Positions 9,467-19,839 of a DNA stretch of 64,000 nucleotides are shown piece by piece. Position numbers and translations under genes: made by a program. Numbering within the stretch: position 1 is the first letter of the stretch; every line of letters starts with the position of its first letter. Below the pieces are notes generated by a model. It saw only the letters and a list, made by a program, of their open reading frames with translations. It was not told where the DNA came from and did not search any database. Source of the stretch: Candidatus Zixiibacteriota bacterium (GTDB lineage: Bacteria > Zixibacteria > MSB-5A5 > GN15 > FEB-12); the NCBI GenBank assembly GCA_034003725.1, contig JAVEYB010000010.1, forward strand, positions 44,654-108,653. Reading direction: 5' to 3'.

Positions 9467-11500
9467 TTGACAGGGTCGGGTGAAAGGCATATCCTTGAAC
9501 TTGTGGGGAAACAATCCTTCGTAATTGCAGCCGCAGCCACGGTCATACTGCTGGTGGCGCCGCTGGTGGTGGGGATACCCGGCGCGTGGGGAATCAATCA
9601 CCTCATGTTTCTCAGTCCTTTCGCGGTTGGGCTGGTACTGCTCAGCGCGCTGCTGGTCGGACTGGCGGTGGGGCGGGTCGAGAGGCAAAGCATATGGTCC
9701 GAGAGGGTATGTGAGTCGGCCGGAGCGCACGCATTGATTGCGCTGGGGGCCATGGTAGTATTCTGGCTCTGCCGGTCTGAAGTCCATTTCCTCGGTGATG
9801 GCTACACCAATATCGCCGTGTTCGGCCAGGGCGAGGGGGATTTGTATAAGTGGACCTCGTATGGCTCGATGCTGGTTGTGCGATCGGTCCAGCGGATGTT
9901 GGGATCGCTCGACAGACAGACCGCTGAACAGGCGTTTCAGATCGTATCGGTGATTTCAGGGGGTATCGCCGTTTTTGGCTCGCTGAGGGTATCAACGCTC
10001 ATCGGCGGCAGAGTGTCAGGCAAGGCGCTCTCTGCCGTCACACTCCTTCTTAGCGGATCTATGCTCTTGTCTTTTGGGTATGCCGAGTTTTATCCGCCAC
10101 TGTGGGCGTGCGGTGCGCTGTTCTTCTGGGTCGCTGTGCGGTTTGCGCGGTCGGGAATGGGTCTGCTCTGGTGCTGGATGGCACTGGCAGCAACCGTAGC
10201 GATGCACCTGCAGGCGGCGATGCTGATTCCGGCGCTTCTGTGGCTGACGTTCGCCGAGACAGACAAGTCAACCGGCGCAAAGCGGTTTACCCGGACACAT
10301 TGGATGATCGCGGGCGGTTTGGCGGTGCTGGGGCTGGCGGCATTCGTCTGGCTCTACACGCACAAACTGGCTTTTGAGGTGATGTTTCTGCCGCCGTTTA
10401 CGGGTCGTCCGCAGTCTCCGGATTATGCCTTGTTCAGCCTGAAGCATGCGATCGATCTCGCTAATCTCGTGCTGCTTATTTGGCCCGGACTACTCATGCT
10501 TCTGGCGCTCCGATGGTCCGCCGGAAAGGCGGAGACACAGGACAGCGTGAGTACGTTTCTGGCGATTTCGTCGGTTGGAGCGCTGGCGTTTCCGATTCTG
10601 GTCGATCCGGTGTTCGGCGCCGGGAGGGACTGGGACCTGCTTTCCTTTGCGTTGCTGCCGGGCGTGTTGTGGTTGCTGAGACGAGTTGCGGTATCAAGCG
10701 CCGCAGTCAACTCGCGGCAGCTTGCCGTATATACGACACTGACGCTGGTCAGCTCGGTGTCGTATGTGGCGGCCAACGTGGACGCCCGTCCGGCATCCGA
10801 GCGATTCGAATCACTCCTCGGTTTTTATGAACGCAAGGACAGGAGCGGATGGTCGATACTTGCGGACTACTACCGCGAGTCGGGTCGGTCACGGCAGGCT
10901 TCGGAAGCGATTGCGCAGATGAAGGAGCGCTTTCCCGAGTATGACGATCTCGAAGAAGCGTATCGGCTGGTCAATACCCATCGGTATCAGGAGGCGCTGC
11001 CGATGGCCCGGCGGCTGGCGGAAGCAAATCCGTATAATGCTGATTTCCTGCAGATACTTGGCAACATTGAGGGGAAGCTTGGAGATCTCGCGTCGGCAGA
11101 GCGCCTGTATGGGGATGCGGTGGCGCTCAAACCGTACAATGTGGGTATTCGAAACGAGTTCGGCCAGCTCTATATCACCTATGGCAAGCTGGAAGAGGGG
11201 CTGGCGGTATTGAAAGAACTTCGTGATTTCAACCCGCAGTTGTCCTATGTCGCTGAAGGTGTGGCGCTGGCGTACATCAGGATGGAAGATTACGACAGCG
11301 CACTGGCGCTGGCCGACACGCTGCTGATGATGTCCCCGCACTCACCCGGCGCGTATTTGATCAGGACGACGGTCGCAGTCAATCGGGGGGACATATCGAC
11401 CGCGCGTGCCAACTTCCGGCTGTTCGAGGAATATGGAAAAGGGCGGTCGGATTATGAGGCGATGGTGGAGTACTATTCGTTTCTGATTGACCGGAACTAG
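9467..11500 (+). CDS. Polytopic membrane protein with C-terminal TPR domain (paralogue 1)
   Basis: About 450 aa of hydrophobic TM segments, then TPR repeats (LAEANPYNADFLQILGNIEGKLGDLASAERLYGDAVALKPYN...). It shares blocks with the next gene: HFLGDGYT, FGYAEFYPPLWA, GRDWDLLSF, RSDYEAM. The exact start is uncertain. Confidence 0.7.
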   Translation: MTGSGERHILELVGKQSFVIAAAATVILLVAPLVVGIPGAWGINHLMFLSPFAVGLVLLSALLVGLAVGRVERQSIWSERVCESAGAHALIALGAMVVFWLCRSEVHFLGDGYTNIAVFGQGEGDLYKWTSYGSMLVVRSVQRMLGSLDRQTAEQAFQIVSVISGGIAVFGSLRVSTLIGGRVSGKALSAVTLLLSGSMLLSFGYAEFYPPLWACGALFFWVAVRFARSGMGLLWCWMALAATVAMHLQAAMLIPALLWLTFAETDKSTGAKRFTRTHWMIAGGLAVLGLAAFVWLYTHKLAFEVMFLPPFTGRPQSPDYALFSLKHAIDLANLVLLIWPGLLMLLALRWSAGKAETQDSVSTFLAISSVGALAFPILVDPVFGAGRDWDLLSFALLPGVLWLLRRVAVSSAAVNSRQLAVYTTLTLVSSVSYVAANVDARPASERFESLLGFYERKDRSGWSILADYYRESGRSRQASEAIAQMKERFPEYDDLEEAYRLVNTHRYQEALPMARRLAEANPYNADFLQILGNIEGKLGDLASAERLYGDAVALKPYNVGIRNEFGQLYITYGKLEEGLAVLKELRDFNPQLSYVAEGVALAYIRMEDYDSALALADTLLMMSPHSPGAYLIRTTVAVNRGDISTARANFRLFEEYGKGRSDYEAMVEYYSFLIDRN

Positions 11501-11530
11501 GTCTATTCGGAGAATCCGAGGGGAGATCCA

Positions 11531-13573
11531 ATGCCACTATCACGGCAGTCAGTCACCGCTGCACACGACCTCGCAACGTCCGCGATAATGCGTACGGCAG
11601 TCATCGTGACTTACACGGTATACGGTGTATTATCATTCGCCCATATCGGCCGCATGTGGGGTTTCAATCACCTGGGGTATCTCCCCCCATCGTGGATCGC
11701 ACTGTATGCACTTGGTGGGGGTGCGCTTGCCTTCCTGCTTTTTGGTGGCTTTTCTGCAAAACGATGTACAGTGGTCGCGGGCCTTGCGGACACCTGGATT
11801 TGGTCGGGTGGCGCCTGGCGCCGATTGATGATGGCGGTCGTTGCTCTAATCGTTTTTGCATCATGTCGTGTTCCTACCCATCTTTTGGGGGACGGCTATA
11901 CCTGTCTTGCCATTTTCGGGAGCGGCGAGGGGTACGTTCACAAGTGGGCTGAGCCCGGCTCGATCTGGCTCATACGTCAACTCCAGGCCTCGTTCGGTGG
12001 ATTCACGCGGGAAACGGCCCTTCTCGCATTCCAATCTCTCTCGATCACATCGGGCGGGGTGTTCGTGTTGGGTGTTCTGATCTTGCTTGGCGACCTGACT
12101 CGCGAAGCAACGCTTCGCTTGTTTGCGTTGACGACGGTTCTTTTCGGCGGCAGTGCATTGCTGTTTTTCGGCTATGTCGAGTTTTATGCGCCGGTGTGGG
12201 CGGCGACTGCGATGTTCCTGGCTACGGGTATCCGATACGTGCGAAACAAGGGGCGTCTCTGGGCGCCGTTATTGGCATTCTCCATAGCCGTGGCGATGCA
12301 TGTTGAGGCGGTCTATTTCACACCTGCATTGGTCTATTTATTGGTCGCGAAAGCAGAGTCTGCACATCTGAGACGGATATACACGGGGCTGGCCTTCGCG
12401 GTGACGGCTGCCGCCATTGCGACGTTTGTGTGGCTCTATCTGAATCGGGTGGAGTTTGAAGTGATGATTCTGCCTTTTTTCCACTCTCGGCCGGAGTATC
12501 CGGGCTACACTGTATTCTCAGCCGCGCACTTTCTGGATGTGGTGAACGAGATTCTGCTGATTGCTCCGGGAGCGTTTTTGGTGATGGCATTGTGGGTCCA
12601 CACCTCCGCGAGACGGCGATGGAACCGCGAAGGGTTCTTCCTGGCGGCGGCATCGACCGGAGCGCTATCGTTCTTCTTCCTGTTTGCCGGGGCGACCACG
12701 ATGGGTCGCGATTGGGATGTGATGTCATTGAGCCTCCTTAGCCCAGTTCTGCTCGGGTTCAATCGAATGAGCGTCCATCATATTCGTCCGGGAGCTCGCC
12801 TGGTACTGGCCAATCTTGTTTTACTTGTGTTGACTACCGGCGCGTTTCTCGGGATCGCATTTTGCACAGAATGTTCAGAGACGCGATTCAGGTCCCTGAT
12901 GACCGACCATAACTGGAATGGCTGGATAATCCTGTCGACTCACTACGAGCGGACGGGACGGCATGACATGTCGGTGGAGGTGTTGCGCGAGATGGAACGT
13001 CGTATCCCGGACCGCCGCGCGCTGCTCACGGCATACGACTATCTGGAGTCGGGGCGTATTGGTGATGCAGAACGACTGGCCGCCGACCTTCTATCAAAGA
13101 ATCCGTACAGTCCTCATTTCATGCAGCTGACCGCTAACGTATTTCGGAAGAAGCACCAGCCCGACAGTGCCGAATATTTTTACACGAAAGCGCTCCGGCT
13201 GATGCCGTATCACGCACCGCTCATGAATGAGCTCGCCCAGCTCTATATCGACGAGCGGCGATTTGACGAAGGCCTCGCGTGGGCAACTGAAGCACATTCT
13301 CTTGAACCGGAAAAGACCTTCATCACCGAGACGCTGGCTCTGGTGCATATCAGGAGGCAGGATTACGGCCCCGCGTCGGCGCTCGCGGACACGCTTTTGC
13401 AGAATGATCCGAATTCGGCCGGGGCACACTTGATCAAGATGACCGTGGCGTTAAACAATGGAGACTACGAGTCTGCAAGCGCGCACTACCGAGAGTTTCT
13501 GCGATATGGAGGAGAGCGGTCGGATTATGAGCGGATTCGTGACCATTACAAGGGGCTGAGTGACTGGCAGTAG
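11531..13573 (+). CDS. Polytopic membrane protein with C-terminal TPR domain (paralogue 2)
   Basis: Same architecture and length (680 vs 677 aa) as the upstream gene. Shared blocks: HLLGDGYT, FGYVEFYAPVWA, GRDWDVMSL, RSDYERI. Confidence 0.7.
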   Translation: MPLSRQSVTAAHDLATSAIMRTAVIVTYTVYGVLSFAHIGRMWGFNHLGYLPPSWIALYALGGGALAFLLFGGFSAKRCTVVAGLADTWIWSGGAWRRLMMAVVALIVFASCRVPTHLLGDGYTCLAIFGSGEGYVHKWAEPGSIWLIRQLQASFGGFTRETALLAFQSLSITSGGVFVLGVLILLGDLTREATLRLFALTTVLFGGSALLFFGYVEFYAPVWAATAMFLATGIRYVRNKGRLWAPLLAFSIAVAMHVEAVYFTPALVYLLVAKAESAHLRRIYTGLAFAVTAAAIATFVWLYLNRVEFEVMILPFFHSRPEYPGYTVFSAAHFLDVVNEILLIAPGAFLVMALWVHTSARRRWNREGFFLAAASTGALSFFFLFAGATTMGRDWDVMSLSLLSPVLLGFNRMSVHHIRPGARLVLANLVLLVLTTGAFLGIAFCTECSETRFRSLMTDHNWNGWIILSTHYERTGRHDMSVEVLREMERRIPDRRALLTAYDYLESGRIGDAERLAADLLSKNPYSPHFMQLTANVFRKKHQPDSAEYFYTKALRLMPYHAPLMNELAQLYIDERRFDEGLAWATEAHSLEPEKTFITETLALVHIRRQDYGPASALADTLLQNDPNSAGAHLIKMTVALNNGDYESASAHYREFLRYGGERSDYERIRDHYKGLSDWQ

Positions 13574-13612
13574 TCTGGCTCGGCATGACGGTGTGGGGCA
13601 CTCAGGTGCGTT

Positions 13613-13640
13613 GGCGGGTTCGAAGACGGACTCGCCCTAC
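13613..13640. repeat. REP-like module (ggcgggttcgaagacggactcgccctac)
   Basis: The same module recurs at 17408..17431, 18170..18195 and 26059..26076. Related versions occur at 9018..9039 and 9166..9187. Confidence 0.7.
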
Positions 13641-13685
13641 AAAGACTCCGGTTCGGGGTGATAGTGCCAGACATATCGGGCAACC

Positions 13686-13722
13686 AAAAGCCCGATCCGC
13701 GGGGTGCGGATCGGGCTTTTTT
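13686..13722. terminator. Bidirectional terminator between the convergent TPR-membrane gene and groEL
   Basis: The stem pair is gcccgatccgc / gcggatcgggc (11 bp; the 5'-half is at 13690..13700 and the 3'-half at 13706..13716). It is flanked by an A-run (13686..13689) and a T-run (13717..13722). Confidence 0.85.
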
Positions 13723-13768
13723 GCTGTCGTGCAATGATGCGTGTCTATGGTTCGCGCGAGCGGAACGA

Positions 13769-15744
<1,976 letters not shown>

Positions 15745-15810
15745 TTCCGTCCTCCTCAATGGACAAGTTATTGATTGTTATAGGGTTATCTTTTGTTTTA
15801 CAATCCCCTG

Positions 15811-15837
15811 TTAGCACTCATCACAATCGAGTGCTAA
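15811..15837 (-). promoter_or_regulatory. CIRCE operator (HrcA binding site)
   Basis: ttagcactc-atcacaatc-gagtgctaa is a perfect match to the TTAGCACTC-N9-GAGTGCTAA consensus. It lies between the promoter and groES. Confidence 0.95.
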
Positions 15838-15845
15838 CAACCGTT

Positions 15846-15874
15846 ATTGTAGTGTTTAACGTCGGAGCTGTCAA
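15846..15874 (-). promoter_or_regulatory. Sigma-70-type promoter of groESL
   Basis: The minus strand reads TTGACA (15874..15869), a 17-nt spacer, then TACAAT (15851..15846). It sits immediately upstream of CIRCE. Confidence 0.8.
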
Positions 15875-15991
15875 GAAGTTTCCGGAAAAAACGGGATACC
15901 AAAGCGGGCTTTGGGGGGCGTTGAGGAGAGGGCACCGTTCTCTCGCCTAACTGATTGAAATATAGCGGGCTATATGGATACTACGATTGAT

Positions 15992-16756
15992 TCAGTTCGA
16001 GTCGGCGATGATGCGCAGGCCCTCGAGGGTGAGGGTCGGTTCGATGCGGCTGATGTAGCGGGAGTGTTTCTCGATTCCGTTGGCAAGGCCGCCGGTGGCG
16101 ATCACGGTTGGATTCGTGAAGCCGGACTCTTCGATAATCTTCTCCAGAATAAAGTCAACCTGACCGAGGGTACCGTAGAAGAGGCCCGATTCGAGCGCCT
16201 GTTTAGTGGAGCGGCCGACGGCGCGTTCGGGTTCGACCATGCGGATATCAAACAGGCGGGCGGCCCGGCGGGCCAGTTCGGCCATCGAGGTTTCCGGTCC
16301 CGGAACGAGGACGCCGCCGATATAGACGCCGTCGACCGTGACGACATCGAAATTGATCGCCGTTCCGAAGTCCACGACAATCGCCGGCCCGCCGAACAGC
16401 ACGTACGCGGCGGAGGCGTTGGCGATCCGGTCGGCTCCGACCTGGCGGGGGTTGTCGATATCGATTGTCACGGGCAGCTTGATATCGACGGACACCCAGA
16501 GCGGATCGACTTTGAAAAACCGGGGGCACATGCGCGCGTAGACAGTCGACAGGCGAGGAACAACCGAGCTGATGACGATCCGATCGATTTCGTCAGGGTC
16601 GATTTTCATCCGGTCGAGCAAACCGGTGATAAACAGCCCGGCCTCGTCGGAAGTCAAATGGACCGATGACGCGACGCGGAAGTGGTCGCGCAGGCGGTCT
16701 TTGTCAAACACGCCCACAACCGTGTTGGTGTTGCCGATATCGATGGCGAGCAGCAT
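15992..16756 (-). CDS. coaX: Type III pantothenate kinase
   Basis: MLLAIDIGNTNTVVGVF...VVDFGTAINFDVV...IATGGLA, which are the ASKHA-fold CoaX motifs. Confidence 0.9.
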   Translation of the reverse strand: MLLAIDIGNTNTVVGVFDKDRLRDHFRVASSVHLTSDEAGLFITGLLDRMKIDPDEIDRIVISSVVPRLSTVYARMCPRFFKVDPLWVSVDIKLPVTIDIDNPRQVGADRIANASAAYVLFGGPAIVVDFGTAINFDVVTVDGVYIGGVLVPGPETSMAELARRAARLFDIRMVEPERAVGRSTKQALESGLFYGTLGQVDFILEKIIEESGFTNPTVIATGGLANGIEKHSRYISRIEPTLTLEGLRIIADSN

Positions 16757-16768
16757 ATGGTCAGGTGG

Positions 16769-17077
16769 TCAGTTGACCGGCGGACCGGGCTGGCCGCCAT
16801 AGGCGCCGGGGCCTCCGGCCTGACGGGCGAGTTCGATGTTGATTTTCTGCGCCGACGAGTACGCGTCGTATATGCCGTAGATAAACATGATCGGCGTGGT
16901 GATGAAGCCGATGATGACGAGCATGAGAATCCACGAAATGGCGTAGACGATGATGAACACGATGCCTTTGGCGATCTGGCCGTTGTAAATCTGGCCGAGC
17001 CCCATCCAGAAAAACGACAGGACGGCAGCAAGGCCCGGATTTTTATAGAAGATCGGCGGCGGTCCCTGGTAATGCAT
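16769..17077 (-). CDS. Small integral membrane protein (TM2-like), Gly/Pro-rich tail
   Basis: Two or three hydrophobic helices (LAAVLSFFWMGLGQIYNGQIAKGIVFIIVYAISWILMLVIIGFITTPIMFIYGIY). It lies 12 nt upstream of coaX on the same strand. Confidence 0.6.
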   Translation of the reverse strand: MHYQGPPPIFYKNPGLAAVLSFFWMGLGQIYNGQIAKGIVFIIVYAISWILMLVIIGFITTPIMFIYGIYDAYSSAQKINIELARQAGGPGAYGGQPGPPVN

Positions 17078-17201
17078 AATCCCTCCTGATTAGTCCCGAC
17101 GGTTCAGTACAGTATACTATGACGGGGCGCAGGAATTCAACCCGTTTCTTGGGAGGGTGAGACAGGCGGAGCCGGTCATGCCCCGAGTGCCGACATCCAG
17201 C

Positions 17202-17431
17202 AGGATCGGTCAGTGGCGTCTTTCGGGAGGGGCGATATTACGCGAGGGTGCGTGGTGCACGGGGACGTACACCACGCACATTTTTCACCCACCCAGCACG
17301 GGAAGCACACCACGCACATTATTCACCCATCCAGCACGGGAAGCACACCACGCACATTTTTCACCCATCCAGCACGGGGACGTACACCACGCACGGATAG
17401 AGAACTGCGGGTTCGAGGACGGACCCGCCCT
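17202..17431. repeat. Long direct repeat DR1 (230 bp) with an internal 38-39 bp minisatellite (17258..17394, ~3.6 units)
   Basis: aggatcggtcagtgg...gggtgcgtggtgcacggggacgtacaccacgcacatttttcacccacccag, followed by two extra units (cacgggaagcacaccacgcacatt[a/t]ttcacccatccag), then ...ggatagag..gcgggttcgaggacggacccgccct. It matches 18043..18195 apart from 77 extra bp, which equals two units. Confidence 0.9.
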
Positions 17432-17499
17432 GCGGGGACGGCTGATTTCAATTACCGTCGGATATTGCATCGTTGCGTTCTTCACGATACATTTTGTGC

Positions 17500-17928
17500 A
17501 TGGAGTTTCGAGTATTGACCGCCGATTCATACGAGTCCGTTATCGCGCTGTGGAAACGGGCCGGGTTGGGCTTTCGTCCGAACGGTCGCGACAAGCGCGA
17601 GCGGATTGTGGCTGAGATGGGCGATCCGAATTGCCGGTATTTCGGACTGTTCGACGGGGAACGGATGGTCGGGGTGGTGATCGCGAACTTCACGTATCGA
17701 CGGGCATGGATAGAACGGATGGCGGTTGATCCGGACTATCGCGGCCGGGGGCTGGCCGGAATGCTGATTGCCGAAGCGGAGCGCTTCTTGAACGACAAGG
17801 GGGCGCTGGTGATTTCGGCGTTGATCGAAGACACCAACGATCCATCGATTCGTGCGTTTTCAAAGGCAGGGTATGTGGTGATGGATGAGATCAAGTATTA
17901 TTCGAAGCGACCGCACCCGGAGGCGTGA
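17500..17928 (+). CDS. GNAT-family N-acetyltransferase
   Basis: MEFRVLTADSYESVIALWKRAGL...IERMAVDPDYRGRGLAGMLIAEAERFLNDKGA contains the acetyl-CoA motif A (R-G-R-G-L-A). The start is moved to the ATG at 17500, because the ORF-track start lies inside upstream repeat-flanking DNA. Confidence 0.85.
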   Translation: MEFRVLTADSYESVIALWKRAGLGFRPNGRDKRERIVAEMGDPNCRYFGLFDGERMVGVVIANFTYRRAWIERMAVDPDYRGRGLAGMLIAEAERFLNDKGALVISALIEDTNDPSIRAFSKAGYVVMDEIKYYSKRPHPEA

Positions 17929-17943
17929 GGGACCATCTCGGCA

Positions 17944-17972
17944 GTGTTGTCAGGCGACTCGCCTGACAACAC
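17944..17972. repeat. REP-like palindrome (gtgttgtcaggcga-c-tcgcctgacaacac)
   Basis: A 29-nt sequence identical to its reverse complement except at the central base. It is related to the tgtcaggcg....cgcctgaca hairpins at 40026..40051, 40570..40595 and 40622..40645. Confidence 0.85.
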
Positions 17973-18042
17973 GATGTGTCGGGCCGCAAGCTTGTCCTGA
18001 GCGCAGCCGAAGGGCAGTCTCGACCTGATGCCGGTAACCGGA

Positions 18043-18195
18043 AGGATCGGTCAGTGGGATCTTTCGGGTGGGGCGATGTTACGCGAGGGTGCGTGGTGCA
18101 CGGGGACGTACACCACGCACATTTTTCACCCACCCAGCAGGGGGACGTGCACCACGTACGGATAGAGATGGCGGGTTCGAGGACGGACCCGCCCT
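18043..18195. repeat. Long direct repeat DR2 (153 bp), short allele of DR1
   Basis: Collinear with 17202..17431 but with only ~1.6 minisatellite units (18099..18159). Confidence 0.9.
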
Positions 18196-18254
18196 ACAGA
18201 CTATCGGACATATTGGAGATTGATGCTTCCACCGCGATGGTTCGGAGGTCAACT

Positions 18255-19076
18255 ATGACTGTCCTACATGAGTTGGAGATTCATTTCCCATATTTGTTCC
18301 TGTCGGATTCATTTCATGTGACTGAATCGCAGTCAGGAGTTGACTCCGATGAGTTCGTAATAATACGAGGACGGCACGCGGCCTTTCGTTTCTCGTTTGA
18401 GGACGGCCAAGCATTCCTCGCTGTAGCTTCCGTGTACGGATCTCCATGGTTTGACATCCGAGACGTCCTGGCGGCGTTGTGCGAGGACTTTGATCCCTTG
18501 GGAATTGTGGACTTCCAAGATCTGTCAAATGTGCTACAGCCATCCATTGGACGAATTGAGAAAGCGTTCTCCATTGGGTCTCTCGGTAGTACGCAGAGGC
18601 TTCTGTCGAGCCGTAAGGAGCGCAGGCTATACCGTCGCCCGGAGATTGTTGCGACTGATACTCGTTGTGGGGCCTTGACTAGCGAAGACTTAGAGGAATT
18701 TGTCAGCGATCAATTTGGATTCTTGTTGTTGAATAATCGATACAAGGTCTCGCATGTCGGACACGACTTCACCCAACTCATTCTCAAGGGGTCAAATCTG
18801 AAGCTTTCATTCAGGATTGAGCGGGGTGAAGAGATGATCTTGGGGAGCCGCTTGCACTTCGGCACGTGGTTCGGTCTTGAGTGGATCCGTAGATTATATG
18901 AAAGTAATTTTGATAACCTTAGTCTTCAGACCTTCATGCAATGGAGACCAGTCTTGAGCCGGGAAATCGACCGGATTGAACTACTCTTCAGCAAGCAGAA
19001 TGTATCAAAGACCGTTAAGGCATTGAGGAGGATGCGGGACGAGTATGAGGTGAGTCTCACCATCAGGTCCGAATAA
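18255..19076 (+). CDS. Hypothetical protein with an internal two-fold domain duplication
   Basis: I prefer the ATG at 18255 with GGAGG at 18244..18248. The ORF-track N-terminus (17976-) is translated repeat DNA. The two halves resemble each other: FPYLFLSDSFHVTE..DEFVIIRGRHAAFRFSFEDGQAFLAV..GSPWFDIRDVL versus FGFLLLNNRYKVSH..FTQLILKGSNLKLSFRIERGEEMILG..GTWFGLEWIRRL. I recognise no family. Confidence 0.55.
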   Translation: MTVLHELEIHFPYLFLSDSFHVTESQSGVDSDEFVIIRGRHAAFRFSFEDGQAFLAVASVYGSPWFDIRDVLAALCEDFDPLGIVDFQDLSNVLQPSIGRIEKAFSIGSLGSTQRLLSSRKERRLYRRPEIVATDTRCGALTSEDLEEFVSDQFGFLLLNNRYKVSHVGHDFTQLILKGSNLKLSFRIERGEEMILGSRLHFGTWFGLEWIRRLYESNFDNLSLQTFMQWRPVLSREIDRIELLFSKQNVSKTVKALRRMRDEYEVSLTIRSE

Positions 19077-19248
19077 GGACGTCGCTGCTATGAGCTGCTT
19101 GCCATGGCGAGCGACTTCAACATGATTGTCGAGATTGGATGAACATGGGTACCATGCCGACGAGGGTAAGGGCCTGCTCCAGTTGCCCGGATGAGTCGCT
19201 GGGTAATGGCTTGATTGTGAAAGTGAGACTTGTCGTAGCAACACTTCT

Positions 19249-19839
19249 GTGGACGGTGTGGACCCCGGGCCAGGGTACATCTGGGTTGGCACTGAGCTGA
19301 TCGCTCCTTATACTGGGAAGGTCATCAACCCCGACGAACAACGCATTATCCCGAATGCGAGCGCGGAATTCGACGAGCTATATGACTACTGGTCCAGACA
19401 GTTCGACAAGTTTTTTGAAGCTGGCGGCTCGAGATTAATCAGCGTCACCTATGGAGATCCCGTGTATTTTAGGACAATGAGTCTCTCAAACAATCCGGAG
19501 TTGGGACTTGACTTCAAGGAAATGCCGAATCTCACAATCGGTCGCGGTGCTTACAAATACTCAATAGTCCATGGGACTATTGCAGAAAATCAATTCATCG
19601 GCAATGCTCTGTGGGCGAAGATAGGAAAGAAATTTGGTTGGTCGTTGTTCAGCCTGCGAAACGGTGCAGGATTCGCACAAATCATCCGAGGGACGTCAAG
19701 CCTTGATTATCTATCTTGGAAGACGTTCTTTCTACCAATGGGTTGGGATGATCCGGTTGATCAGTTTTTTATCAGGATGGGCTATCACGACAACTTTGCC
19801 AACCCATACTTCCCCTTCGGCACGATTGGAGGTAGGTAA
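19249..19839 (+). CDS. Hypothetical; C-terminal half resembles a polymorphic-toxin type-44-like domain (orphan module)
   Basis: FIGNALWAKIGKKFGWSLFSLRNGAGFAQIIRGTS...GWDDPVDQFFIRMGY follows the GNxxYGxxGxxxG...AGxAQ...GDDPxDQxxIxxG pattern. I recall that pattern from type-44 polymorphic toxin domains; this is from memory and unverified. GTG start with no clear RBS. See the findings for a possible frameshifted N-terminus. Confidence 0.45.
   Translation: MDGVDPGPGYIWVGTELIAPYTGKVINPDEQRIIPNASAEFDELYDYWSRQFDKFFEAGGSRLISVTYGDPVYFRTMSLSNNPELGLDFKEMPNLTIGRGAYKYSIVHGTIAENQFIGNALWAKIGKKFGWSLFSLRNGAGFAQIIRGTSSLDYLSWKTFFLPMGWDDPVDQFFIRMGYHDNFANPYFPFGTIGGR

Noticed and set aside
17258-17394. Possible CRISPR array (regularly spaced ~38-bp repeats containing a palindrome).
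   Set aside because: The units are directly adjacent with no unique spacers between them, there are only ~3.6 copies, and no cas genes are nearby. It is a minisatellite inside a larger dispersed repeat.
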